The notes below the pieces were generated by a model. It made no database searches and had not been told where the DNA came from. It saw only the letters and a list, made by a program, of their open reading frames with translations. DNA of 64,000 bases from Setoptus koraiensis (Eukaryota; Animalia; Arthropoda), in contig CM106586.1 of NCBI GenBank assembly GCA_048013815.1, positions 22,506,001 through 22,570,000 on the forward strand, written 5' to 3'. Every line of letters begins with the position of its first letter. Within the stretch, counting starts at the first letter, position 1. The translations under genes and the position numbers were made by a program. Below are positions 13,476 to 25,630 of the stretch, one piece after another.

Positions 13476-15302
13476 ATGAATATTAACAAATTAAGCATCG
13501 GCACCACCGAAGCAATCAATGCTAGGAAGGTATCATTAGGAGCTTTGGAAGAGGCACTCAGAAGAAAGATCCATGAATTACGTGAAGTCTGTCTTAAAGA
13601 GGGGGTAAGTTAGCCACATTGAGCTACACTACATTACATTCACACTGTTAAGTCGAACCAGTACTGTCCTTACTAATGATACAACTGTAAAAAAAGCTCG
13701 CCGTGAACTGGTATCTCTCTTTTGTAAGCCTCTGTACATTGTACTAATTTAATAGATGCCGTTTCTAATCTGATCCAATATTTTTAGGAAATTACTGGTC
13801 AGCTACCTGTTGAGTATCCCCTGCAACCCAGAGAGCCGCTACCCCAGATAAGGCGCACAATTGAGTTTGACTTACCGAAAGAACCTGCAAAAAGAACTGC
13901 TGCTGGTGCATCATCAAAACAAATCACAACCACCATTCCAAACAAAATATTGTCATCATCATCAGCACCACAGAAACACCCCATAAGCCATTCAGTTAAT
14001 TTGCTGGACGATAATCCATCTCCTCTCGGAGATTTTAACAAGACTAGTAAACTCGAAGACATACAGCAACAAATCCTACAACTGCGAAAATCATCATATG
14101 ATCCTAGTAGATCATCAATTATGACTAGTAGTTCGACGATGTCCGATGGGAACTTCAACGGTATTGGCTCATCTTCGCATGAGGGTTTCAAATATCACGA
14201 GAATAAATTGGAGTCTGCCCATAACAGGAATCATTCGGAAACTAGCATAGATCAAGTGGAGAAGATGAAGTATAAACAGAGGCAAGCGAGTTTGTCTAGG
14301 AATAATCGAGAATTATCCGGGACATCGCGCAACGGGCACTATCCCAGGTCTGACGTGAGCTCTATATCTATCAAAACTATGATTCAACCGACCAATGCTC
14401 CAGCGTTTAGTAATCGTAAATCTGAAGATGGCCTATCTAGATCGAGTGATAGCCAATGCTCACAGCAATCTTTGCGACTCGCGAATCTACACAAAGAAAT
14501 TTTAAAACTACAAGCAAGCCAAAGCAATCAAACGTCGAAAGATAAGAGTAGTACGTGTAGTGACAAGACATCCAGTAGCGGAAAACTCGGAGATGGTAAT
14601 AGTGGACCAATGGATAGATTTTCTAAGATTAACCACGAGAGAGTTGTGTCGGATGGATGTAGTTATAACAATCGTGTGACACAACATAGACCTGGTATCT
14701 CGACAGTGCAATCAACCGACTTTTCTATCTCCAAATCCATTGTCCATCGGTCGTCTGATCAAAGTTTTAATATCACAGAAATACCAGCTGAGAGTAACAG
14801 AGGAAGTTCTCCAACCATTTCATCATCCGGTTCTATTGGTGATGAAAATTCTAATCCTTTGACTTCCAAGATCAGCCAATTGAGTATAACTGGTGTGGGT
14901 AACTTTCAGCCATACTGGGAAGAAACCAAGCCATATGAATTGAGCGACTTTTACAAATACAGTGCCAAACATCGAACGGGTGGTAGAACAAAGAAAAATA
15001 ATATTAGTGAAAGAATTGAGAATCTAGAACAAACTATAGCAGCTAAATCCAATAACCGTAATCAGGACGAAAATGGTCTTTTCAGAGATAGGGTAGCCTC
15101 TGATGCAAGTGATAATAACAATAGAAATTCAGCAATCAATAACAATATCAATAATGGACTCATTCATAATGCTCACTTTCAAACTCCTCACAATAGTAAA
15201 TTATCGGGATCCTCGCATCCCTCATCATCAATCAACGATCATCATTTTGTTAATGATCAACAATCAACATCCTCTCATCGAAGCAAATTGAGGTACGCTT
15301 AA
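13476..15302 (+). CDS. CUPID-domain cytohesin adaptor (CCDC120/INAVA/FRMD4 family, no FERM domain), about 547 aa; exons 13476-13604 and 13788-15302
   Basis: Spliced translation ALEEALRRKIHELREVCLKEG/EITGQLPVEYPLQPREPLPQIRR matches the CUPID consensus. Intron 13605-13787 is GTAAGT...TTTTTAG, phase 0. There is an in-frame stop at 13464 upstream of the ATG. Confidence 0.8.
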
Positions 15303-15957
15303 CAATACCAAAATAACCCATTGATGAATTAACTCGGTCGTAAAACTTTACCGACCAAAGCTCAAACTCTAACCAGGATGGATTTTAATCAAATCATTTC
15401 TTTCAAGATGCTACCATGACAACTAATTTAAATGATTAGAGCTACGAATCTCATTGAACATTATTCCAGCCTGCTGGTTTCTCTTTAAGTGGAACAGCAA
15501 ATTCAAGTCATCATTACATTCCAACCGACTATAGGCGACAATCAAATAAATCATATGTACTTGTAATCGAAAGGAAAACTTGAATTGTGTTTATTTCTTT
15601 CAGTTCTCTTAATTTGTTACTGTCGTTATGTTTATCCTTATCCTGTCTCTTGTGTGCATATATAGTTGAGCTCGATAAATTGCTGAGAACTTCAGTAAAT
15701 CTGAAGCACACACAGTAACAGGAAACAAACTGATTTGGTCTATGAATACTTGACAACTATGTAGTCAAAAACTTGTTGAATGGCAGTTTTTTCGATGGTC
15801 ATGTTTGAAAATGCTGATGCATGCTGTAGTTTAGTTACAGCTGACTGCTCGAATCCATTTCTTATCCTTATTCAACTTTGTTTTCGGCTTCTCGTGTAGT
15901 TAATTTAATTGAACTAATCTATCGAGCGAAGGAAATCATCTCTATTTATCCGCAAAT

Positions 15958-17160
15958 ATGGACAAAGATCCGAGTGGTAAGCTATTTCCAACACTAAAGA
16001 ATGATTGCATTCTACGTGCAGCAAGTGGTCAATCGACTGAGTACGTGCCTGTTTGGATAATGAGACAAGCTGGACGTTATTTGCCAGAATTTAGGGAATT
16101 ACGTTTAACCAACCCCTTCTTCAAGATTTGTGAAACTCCAGAATTGGCATGCCAGGTGACGCTGATGCCAATTAAAAGATTTGATCTGGATGCTGCCATC
16201 ATATTCTCTGATATATTGGTTATACCTCAGGCGCTCGGCATGGTGGTTGAAATGACTCACGAGGGGCCTAAATTTCCAAAACCATTGAGAAGCATTGACC
16301 AAATTAAATCTGATTTGAAAGCAGACGTAGACATTGCAAAGAGACTGAGCTATGTTTACGAGGCCATAACATTGACTCGTCATTCCTTGGAAGGGAAATG
16401 TCCTCTCATTGGTTTCTCCGGGGCGCCATGGACTTTGATGGGATATATGGTAGAGGGTGGTGGTTCGAAGACCATGTCGATAACCAAACGTTGGCTCTAC
16501 CAGTATCCTACCGAGAGTCATAGCTTACTCAAACTCATAGGAGACAAAGTTACTGATTATCTATTGCAACAAGTAAAGGCAGGAGCCCAGATGTTGCAGT
16601 TATTTGAATCAAGTGCCGAATATTTGAACAGAGATCTTTTCACCGAATTTGCATTGCCGTACATACTCGATATCTGTAAGAATCTAAAGTTACGCTGCAA
16701 ACAAGAAAACCTGACCACTGTACCTATATGTGTTTTTGCAAAAGGTGGTCATTTCATCATAAACGATCTGACTAATCTGGACGACGGATTAGTTGATATC
16801 GTTAGTTTGGATTGGACCATGGACCCAGTTTTAGGTAAAGATTGATTGTACAGAAATTGAGATACTTTTGAAACTCTTAGAACATTCATAGTCTAACTTG
16901 CTACTCTTTATGAAATTACTTAAGTGCGATCGAATTCCAACGGCAAGATTTGCCTCCAAGGCAACATGGACCCATGTGCATTATATGCGCACCCAGATCG
17001 AGTGAGATCTTTGGCTAGAAGCATGATAGATCAGTTTGGAACGCAAAGTTACATAGCGAATTTAGGTCATGGCATCTATCCCGACGCAAAGATTGAATGT
17101 GTTCAAGCACTCATCGAAGAGGTCCATTCATACTCTCGCAAGAAAAATACCGAATCATGA
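15958..17160 (+). CDS. UROD: Uroporphyrinogen decarboxylase, about 370 aa; exons 15958-16834 and 16925-17160
   Basis: PVWIMRQAGRYLPE, DAAIIFSDILVIP, IGFSGAPWTL, QGNMDP and YIANLGHGIYP motifs. The 90-nt intron 16835-16924 has a CTAAC branch point and an AAG acceptor, the first AG after the branch point. Confidence 0.95.
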
Positions 17161-18050
17161 GAAATCATTCGATGGTATTGAGATATCCACAAGAATTGCA
17201 ATATCACAATTTTTCAATAAATGACCTCTTTTATATGTCGAAATCGAAAATTTAAAAAAGGAAAAAAGAACTGATACGGATGAAGAATGTAAGTTGCTAA
17301 CAATTACTCGAAGTTAGTTATTCTCGCAAAGCTCTACTTTCTCTTGATATCTTTGTATGCCGCTTATTGCCTCTTCAGAAAGGGGCCTTTCGTCCACATT
17401 CAGCTCTCAATTAAAGATCTCTAATGGTTTTCTTTTCAATCAGCTCAAGTGGTGTTCCAGTTGTGGCGTTCCCAGGTGTGCCGAATTTGATTTTTTAAGG
17501 TCTTAACAATTTTTTCTTAGAAAGAAAAGTCAATCTTTAAGGAGAAAGAGCGAGTTAGGATTTTTTTTATTATACTACAGAAAAAGCTATTGGGTGGGTA
17601 ACTAGGAAACTTAGAGAGATGGCAGTCATGCCGAGACACATCCGAAGGGAACATCCCCCACCCCCAAAAAAAAGAAAAATTTATCCGAAATCATTTCGAA
17701 CTTCGATCGGCTGGATAGACCAGAATGTTATTCGAAAACAATGTCGGGAGTCAAAGAGACGCCTAGTTCGCACTGTGAATACAAGCAAGCCGATATTCAT
17801 GAATATTTGCATTTTGAGGCATATTTTGTTATAAAAAGCGGATTCAAATTTCGCTCTTTCGAACGATGTTTTTTTCATTGATTTATTTATGTAACGAATC
17901 ATCATGATATAAGCCATTCTCACAATAATAGAAGTTGAGAGCTCAGGCTAATAATATGGACAGTATTCTATAACAACAGGGTTACTACAAGAATTATTAC
18001 TATTGTCACTTCGAAATTATGTGGATGATTTACCCATTTTCATAGACATA

Positions 18051-19604
18051 ATGGATATGATTGAAACAATCGAGACCAACGATGCGAGTGATGATGAATC
18101 GAGCGTAGCTCAATCTATCAATGAGCAAGATCTGGGACAAGATGGCCAAGATGATACAGGTCCCAGTGAGGACGTAGACAATGTCAACGGCAAGAAGAAG
18201 AACAATAGAAAAAATAAAAGGTCAGATGTTGCCAAAAACACCAATCCATCTCAGAAAAAAGATAAACGATTATGTAGAAAGAAACCACAATTTACACCTA
18301 AGCAGCGTATGGACATGTACGCTTTCTGTGTATTAGAACTAGAGCTTCAAAATGAGAGAATTAGAACCAAAAAACAACAGATCGCTTCTATACAACAGGA
18401 ATATAAGGACTATAAGGAAAAACATGCAAATGTCCCTTCCAGTAAACCTACAACATACAGCTCTGTCGCACCCCAAAGTCATGTCGACAATTCAGCCAAT
18501 CAAAAGAAAATTATCATACATCCACCACAACAGCAAACTGTCGTCGTAGTGCACGGGCCACCACCGCAGTCGCAAGAGCAATTGCAACAATTACTCCAGC
18601 AGCCTCAAATGCAACAAATATTACAACCTCCATTATACCAATCGCAAGCTCATTTTCAGATTCAATTCGCTCAACCTCCTACACCAAGCTATCCCGCTAT
18701 GATCAAGGCACCAAATCAAAGCTCCGACGTTAAGCTTAACAGACAAACGCGTAGAACTAAGCAAGGCAATCCGGTTATGCATGTTACTCTCCCACCTTCT
18801 TCAACAATGTCAACAACCACTACAAATATAATAAGTTTTCAATCTGGCCAACCCAATTCTAATGCACAAGGAACACTCAATCTAGGTCAAAATCAAACAA
18901 AATTTGTCATAAATCAAGGAAATACAACCAATCAGCCGAGTTCGGCAAATAATAACAATACTGTCGGCTCTTCTATTCAACAACAGAATCCTACCTTAAG
19001 CAAGCAATCGACTACGACAAATTTTCAAGATGATCAAAATAAAGACGGTCAAAATAATGCTGTTGTACCAGTGCAAAGGGGAGATTCGTTAGATCAATCC
19101 TCTGAAGATCAACAGCAACCAGGTTCGACAGATGCAGCACCAAAGAGGCACGAGTGCTTTAGTGATTACCAGAACACACAAATATTGTCTAATCATATAT
19201 TGAAAGAAGTGCAGAAAAGATTTGCTTATTTCTATCCTAACTCACCAACTCCATCGCGCACGACAATCAAACACGTTTGGGATAACTGCATAACACTGGG
19301 TACTGTTCAAAACAAGAAGAAAGAGAGGAAGAAGACCAATCAACCGATGGCCGAAGTAATCGAGTATCTGCTAGTACATGAACCTCAGTTGTCTCTGCGG
19401 CAACTTGCCAAAAAGTTGAATGTGTCCACTGGAACTGTTAGTAAACGTTGCAAAGAGCTAGGTTTAGTTCCTGAAAGTGTCACTTTGAAGCACCATCAAA
19501 TGGCTCTTGCAAAGAGACAGAAACAACTAAAACAGTTAGAGCTAATGAATAAAACCTATGGAGAGGAAAACGAAGACACTAACCATCGTGTAAATAACTC
19601 ATAA
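18051..19604 (+). CDS. Q-rich low-complexity protein with a C-terminal bipartite HTH resembling the DNA-binding region of Tc1/mariner (DUF4817-type) transposases; 5' end uncertain
   Basis: Long intact ORF with first ATG at 18051; the frame is open from about 17955. The C-terminus reads QKRFAYFYPNSPTPSRTTIKHVWDNCITLGTV...EPQLSLRQLAKKLNVSTGTVSKRCKELGL. No DDD/E domain follows. Confidence 0.7.
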   Translation: MDMIETIETNDASDDESSVAQSINEQDLGQDGQDDTGPSEDVDNVNGKKKNNRKNKRSDVAKNTNPSQKKDKRLCRKKPQFTPKQRMDMYAFCVLELELQNERIRTKKQQIASIQQEYKDYKEKHANVPSSKPTTYSSVAPQSHVDNSANQKKIIIHPPQQQTVVVVHGPPPQSQEQLQQLLQQPQMQQILQPPLYQSQAHFQIQFAQPPTPSYPAMIKAPNQSSDVKLNRQTRRTKQGNPVMHVTLPPSSTMSTTTTNIISFQSGQPNSNAQGTLNLGQNQTKFVINQGNTTNQPSSANNNNTVGSSIQQQNPTLSKQSTTTNFQDDQNKDGQNNAVVPVQRGDSLDQSSEDQQQPGSTDAAPKRHECFSDYQNTQILSNHILKEVQKRFAYFYPNSPTPSRTTIKHVWDNCITLGTVQNKKKERKKTNQPMAEVIEYLLVHEPQLSLRQLAKKLNVSTGTVSKRCKELGLVPESVTLKHHQMALAKRQKQLKQLELMNKTYGEENEDTNHRVNNS

Positions 19605-20092
19605 TACAGTCTTCCAGGAGAAGATGTCTATTTATACCCTCTATGAGGGGGAAAATATTATGTCGTATTTCGACTAAACCTCTCTCGTTATGATTCATAA
19701 GTATAATTGAGACATATAACTATAACATAACTCAAAGCCTATTATGCTATAGATGCTACTTTGAAATTTATTCTAACAAGTAGTCAAGATTGAAAATAAG
19801 ATTGATATGATTTTTCATTGGATTCAATAAAATTCCTTGTTGACAGTTCCCTATGCCATGTAGTGTCTGGTACTCAAACTGCAATTGAATGTTTTATAAA
19901 ATTCACTTTCTCTGATACACTCATAATTTTTCCACAGCCTGCTGAGAGCATCCGTCAAACAATATCAGTCATATTGATCATGATCCGGCGCATTAGATTA
20001 GGAATACAGTATTGTAGTATCAAATTTAGTTTCGTAAGCAATTTGGATGATGTCATCCAATTAGCATTTGACTCACCGTGATAAAACTGAAC

Positions 20093-20452
20093 ATGTACGA
20101 GGAAATTAAACTAACCAGAACGTCCAGCGAGAGCGGAATTATGACAATTTAGCAGATTATTACTCCCTAATGAACAAGGAGGCCTACATCAAGGACGCCA
20201 TCACATCCACGGAATACACCGCTCCGTCCATGGATGACCTGCTACCAGATCTACGCGAATTGCACCAACTTGCGCCTAACTATTATACCCACCTCTCATG
20301 AGGGTACCAAGCGTGTTAATAATTGGATTACGATTATGTCGACAATGAGCGCTAGTGACAATCTGGATGAGACATAAGTCAGACAGATCACATTCGATTT
20401 AGACACATCATTTCAAGAATTTAGCAAAATGTTGAAGCAAGACAATAATTAA
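20093..20452 (+). pseudogene. VPS28: VPS28 (ESCRT-I) pseudogene with internal deletions
   Basis: Pieces across frames read MYEEIKL, RNYDNLADYYSL, KEAYIKDAITSTEYTA, MDDLLPDLREL, LTIIPTSHEGTKRVNNWITIMSTMSASDNLDET*VRQITFDLDTSFQEF. There are two frameshifts (about 20133 and 20270), a TAA at 20375-20377 where Gln is expected, and the middle of the protein is missing. Confidence 0.85.
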
Positions 20453-20762
20453 ACAGAGTAATATAGAAACAACAGCCAATCTGATGGTTGTCGTCGCTTG
20501 TCGGCTGTTGTTTTTTCCAATTTGAGCTCGAGAGCAGCGCCACCGCTTCGAGTTGAAGATTTGAATTATTGCGCCTGTTCTTGAGCCTCGCGTGCTTCCA
20601 ATTGATTTTCACCCACGTTGTATTCAGCTGACCAAGTTAGTCATTCATCTCTAGGTCTCCTGAATTGCTACAAAAGTATTTAAGGCTTTATGCCGCAAAC
20701 CATGAGTGTCATTTATTCTAACAACACCTCATCTACATTGCACCGATGCATCAATTTAAACA

Positions 20763-21572
20763 ATGGAATTGAAAAGTATATTAGCTAATATAGACAACTG
20801 GTTCGAGGTGCTGCACGATGTGCCGGTATCACCCCTCGAGTGTAATAAGAGTGACTCAGCAGCTTTAAAGAGGATCTCTCAAGATGTCGCCAAATGGTTT
20901 GCTCCTTTAAGATTAGAGCTCGTGACCTCAGACGGTCTAGAAATAGATGGATGTATCATAAAGAAGAGTACACACCATTCATCCTTGGGCCATGAAAAAA
21001 AGAAAAGAAAGCGAGCTGCCAGTCGTATGACAGCGATAGATATTCTAGCCAAGGATCTAGAGAATTTGTTAGAGGAATCTAGAGCCCCTGATGTGATAGA
21101 AGACCACCATAGTGAATTGTTCTCTTTTGGATACCATCCTAATCATGATATTTCACTTCTTGATCAGACAGTTGGTGCATCCATCAGCATAGAATCCTGT
21201 GTTCAATTAAATTCTGCGAATTTTATACAGGTAACAATACCAACTGAAACGTCTCTAGAAGAGCAGTCAACCATGATTGAGACTCAGAATAAGCTAGACA
21301 ATTCGACAAAGCAATGTGTTCAAACAGTACCTTCGATGCCCGATCATGACTACCTAAAACGTTTTGATGGAGAGCTTTTAAAGTCATCATCAGACAGTAA
21401 TAAAAGGGATAGGAACAGATCGCCAAGGAAACAACGTAAAACGCAAAATAACCATAACTTAGATAGGAAATTTTCTTGTTTGAGCGGTGTAGCTTTAAGT
21501 AGATTTGCTAGATTTTCACAACCTATCAGTAGACTATGTTTATTAGTGGACAATAATAGCCCATCAATTTAA
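20763..21572 (+). CDS. Hypothetical protein, 269 aa, intronless, with NLS-like basic patches
   Basis: ATG-initiated 810-nt ORF with coding-like composition. Contains KKKRKR and RSPRKQRK. No family recognised. Confidence 0.6.
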   Translation: MELKSILANIDNWFEVLHDVPVSPLECNKSDSAALKRISQDVAKWFAPLRLELVTSDGLEIDGCIIKKSTHHSSLGHEKKKRKRAASRMTAIDILAKDLENLLEESRAPDVIEDHHSELFSFGYHPNHDISLLDQTVGASISIESCVQLNSANFIQVTIPTETSLEEQSTMIETQNKLDNSTKQCVQTVPSMPDHDYLKRFDGELLKSSSDSNKRDRNRSPRKQRKTQNNHNLDRKFSCLSGVALSRFARFSQPISRLCLLVDNNSPSI

Positions 21573-21828
21573 GACAAAAGTTTTAAATAGACGTGTATGA
21601 CATATCAATGACTTAGTCTATTGTTAAACAGATGTAAGAAAACCATCTGTTATCTGAAGCTACAATAAGTCTTTCACTTTAGATTTGAATCTTAGCATGA
21701 GATTAATATATATATAGATATATATATTATATATTGATAATACAATAACAGTGAATCAATAAAATAATAAAAGTTTCACTCAATGAAAGTTACATAATAT
21801 TCAACTCGTTACTTCCTTATTATCTTCT

Positions 21829-23620
21829 TTAGAACGGTGGCATGATCGGAGGTAATGTTTTTTTACTTTCCTTCTCATATTCTTCCAATAAACTACTGAT
21901 TGTAACAATACCCGGTTGTGGAGGTGTCGTCGGAATCAGTGTAAATGGAGGGAAGGTGAATGGAGCTATCGTTCTTGGCTCATCTGTTGCCACCGTTACT
22001 ATAGATGGCATAGTGGTGATGGGCTGTTCGGTAGGAGTCGGATCTGTTTTAACCGGTGTCACTTCGTTTGTATCATCATCATCCTCATTAACGCCAATAG
22101 TGTCGCCTAATTTTCCGAATTTAATTTTTGCTTTCAAGCCTTGACCAACCATTCGATCATTTGCTGTTATTATAATGACAGCTCGAGGTCCATCCGACTT
22201 TAAAACTGTACCAGGTGCAATATCAGTTCCGCAATAAATATTACCATCGTACATGTCACTGTTTTTTAGCCTGATTTCAATTGTTTCGTTGAAGCACTTG
22301 TTTATAACTTTGGTTCCCGCCTTGGTGAATCGTGGAGCAAATTCGAAGCCTTCAAACTTTATAGATACTGTTTGACTAGGTGATGGTGCTCTGATATCCC
22401 ACATACAACTTTCGTGAGGTGCCAGACGTTGAGGGAAATTAGGTGTTTGTATCCTTCCTTCTTCTTGCACTATACCGCCACATGGTAAAGGCTCATAGTA
22501 ATCAGACCTCAGTACAGTTTCACAATGTGGTCCTTGAGTATTTGGAGGACAATCACAGCTACACTGTCCCTGAGAAGACTTCAAGTAACCACCGTTCTGA
22601 CATTGAGCAGTGTTTGAACAACTAGCTGAGCAAGAATAGATGAAATTGGCTAGTTTTCTATCTCTAAAACTCAATGGGTAGTTCTTACTGAGAAATCTTT
22701 GATGCGCAGGGTCTATAGCAACAATGGTGCTCTTCTCGAATAACTCTTTACTGAATGCCCATTGTGGATATTGCATAGTAGATGTATAATCATAAGGTAC
22801 ACCATGATTGAGATCGCTTTCTTTGCGAAATTGGATAAAATAACCCGGCAAGACATTGTTCCATGCGATATTAATGTGCTGATCCCTATCTGAGCGACTT
22901 TGTTCATGGTAAAATCCAATGACATGGCCTATCTCATGAACGACCACATTCAAGTTTGCACACCCGTGACCTATAGAGACATCTTGGCCTTGTCCCAATC
23001 TGTCCATCTGCCGGCCAACTAATGACCAGCAGCCTGGAGTATCTGATCTAAATCGTACAAAAAAGTAGTCTTGGGGTTGTCGTGGTCGAAACTTAATGCA
23101 GGTATGCTGTTGCCAATGCTGCATGGCAGACTCGATTACGTTCATTTCCTGTTGAGTAATTGCTAATGAAAAATTTTGAACAGTTTCCAAAGAATTATCA
23201 GTATTACAAATCAATGCAGTAATTTCATTTTTCGCTTGATATATAGAACATTAACTTATCATCTTAAAGCTAACAATTATACTAACACTCGTGGTACGAA
23301 TAAATCACTTCTCCATTAGGCCAGTAGACGCCGTTTTCTGTTGCTTTTCTGTGAGTGTAAACACTTTTAGTTGGAGTCACAATATCTCCTTCAATAATCT
23401 TCTGACCGTCTGGTGTTATCCTCGGATTTGCCCCACCAAACATGTTATATTGAGCTATGAAACTATCGTCTTCAGCATAATGTGAATTGTTACTTAAACT
23501 TGTGGCGCTAGCTTTAGTAATCGCTATTGAGGAACTTTCAACAAGATTCAAGAGATTCGCTAGTGACAATAGAGCCAATGATATTAAAAATTGATAGTTG
23601 ACTAACAGACAATTCTTCAT
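21829..23620 (-). CDS. Astacin-family zinc metalloprotease (signal peptide, prodomain, astacin, EGF, CUB, Pro/Thr-rich tail), about 555 aa; exons 23620-23287 and 23162-21829
   Basis: HEIGHVIGFYHEQSRSDRD zinc motif, STMQY Met-turn, EGDI prodomain motif, CQNGGY EGF and CGG...CxW CUB. The 124-nt phase-1 intron is 23163-23286 (GTTAGT...CATTAG). Confidence 0.92.
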
Positions 23621-25630
23621 TTTGTGTTATTCTAGTAGTGTCCAGGTAAAAGTAAAATGGTCAAACTTTTTGCTGATCTGTACTCTTTCAAAAGTTATTT
23701 TAGCAGCTATACTGTAATAATCTTGTTTCATACTATATAAACTCGATGTTATCTCACCTAGTACACAATGATACTGATTACTTAAATTTTCACCATTCGC
23801 ATTTTATACTAATAAACAATTGACAATCAAAAAGGAATTGATAGTCTGCGGGTCATATACATAAAACAAAACAACCACCAAATAGACTATTAAATATTCT
23901 ATCCCACCGGAGAGAGCTAACTTTAGTAAAGCTGCTGCTCTCATCTGTAATTGACCTTGCCGCTGCATAATTCTACTGATACAGACAACTGCTAATGCTA
24001 AAAAAGTCGCTCTCAATCATTGCTAAACTTGACAGTCTATAATCGAATTCAACAGTCGGATGCTAGCAGTTTATATTTAGTCGATATAATATTTGCTCAA
24101 CTTTTTACTAGACTGGAGAAACAATAGTGGAAGAACACTCTCACTATTTGGTTTAAAGCTAATGAACTTCAAATAGGTCTTGCAAGGAGATGGAAGAACA
24201 TCAACTAATCACAACGTGATGATAAAAACATCATCAACTTTGCCTAATTTTCAACAAAATTATGCAGAAAAGATATGCCGTCAAGTCACATGTTTGGCAT
24301 CCATTGATCAACATTTGGGGAACTGGGGTATATTGCATGAAAACAAATCAAATCATGACGACAGAAACAATACAACTGGGCATGAAGGGTTCAATATGTC
24401 TAACAATTTGTCTGGGCTTGAATCTGTTGACTATGATTGATCACATGAAGTTTAACATTGTAAGAGTGTGATGAATGCTAAATTGCGCGAAAGCGAAGGT
24501 CTAAAAAATGACAGTCATCATCATGAGTAGCCCAAATGTTTCCACAATTCTATCATTCCACCAAGGTCGCTTCCAATAAAATAGCTTGCTTATATTGTTT
24601 GGTAAATATTTTAGCTGAAAAACGTCTGCTAGTTAAATATTACCGATATCACGAGGAGAAGAGTATAGTCACTTACACATTTTAGTAACTGCAATTGTAT
24701 AGGAGGTCAGAATGAATGGACAAATAAAATTAGTTATAATGCATGATGAACGCAATGTGCTAACTTTGTGTATATTCCATCACATCCTAATAAAAATGGA
24801 GTTGATAACAAGGCCGGCAGCAACCGTATACAGATAGAAAGGTAATATCTAAGAATTAGCTATGTGATCTTTAGTCCACATGATTTGTTGCTAGTAGAAT
24901 TGAAGTACGGAGTAATCAATTTGAAAGAGAAATTCAAAACAATTTAACACAAATGAAGCGACTATTGACAAAAGAAAACCAGGTTAAATTAAGAAAATCA
25001 ATACATTGATTTAATCAAAGCCATGTGATGTTGCATAGTACCTCAAGACAAATTATCAAGACAGTGTCGCGAGATATCGGTAGATCAGACTTGACATTCT
25101 CGATACGATCTTTGACACAGAGACATTCTATCATTACTTTAGCCGGATGCTCGATTGATATTGGTGCTTCTGATTTTGTCATTGGCATAACATGCTAATC
25201 CCTCATCATCTTTTAGATGTTTGATTATATAGTGATGATGTTGATTCATTTTAGTGATGTTGTTTTAGATAAATTCTATTGATATTGATGCTGCGTTGAA
25301 TTTAAAGATTATATGCCTGGTGGTTGAATGTAGCTGCTAGATTTTGATGGTATATTGGTTACATCTAGGGTTGAAAAGGTGCTCGCATGAAGTTTCGTCG
25401 CAGGAGTTTTCTCGCTAACTAGAAACTAACCTTCCACACCATGGATATCTGCAGGTGCTTTTGTATTCGATTGTTCATATCAAATTTTATCTTTCAGTTT
25501 AATTTTGTTTTATAGCATGCATGTAAGATATGATGCCAGTTGAATTTGATTTTGAAGAAGAGAGAGGTAATCTCAGATTCCATCACCTTCGGCTGGCCAT
25601 TGTTGTTATTTAATTAAAGTCAGTTTTAAA

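Noticed and set aside
17619-17834. Short ORF with SV40-like NLS PPPKKRKI as a possible first exon of the HTH gene
   Set aside because: No convincing in-phase donor linking this frame to the 18051 ORF; left unresolved.
20453-20640. Coding-like minus-strand stretch with one internal stop (EAREAQEQAQ*FKSSTRSGGAALELKLEK)
   Set aside because: Could be another pseudogene fragment, but I could not assign any family.
24100-25500. Short coding-like fragments between astacin and the Y-box gene, possibly a retroelement relic
   Set aside because: No RT, RNase H, integrase or transposase motifs; fragments are short and inconsistent.
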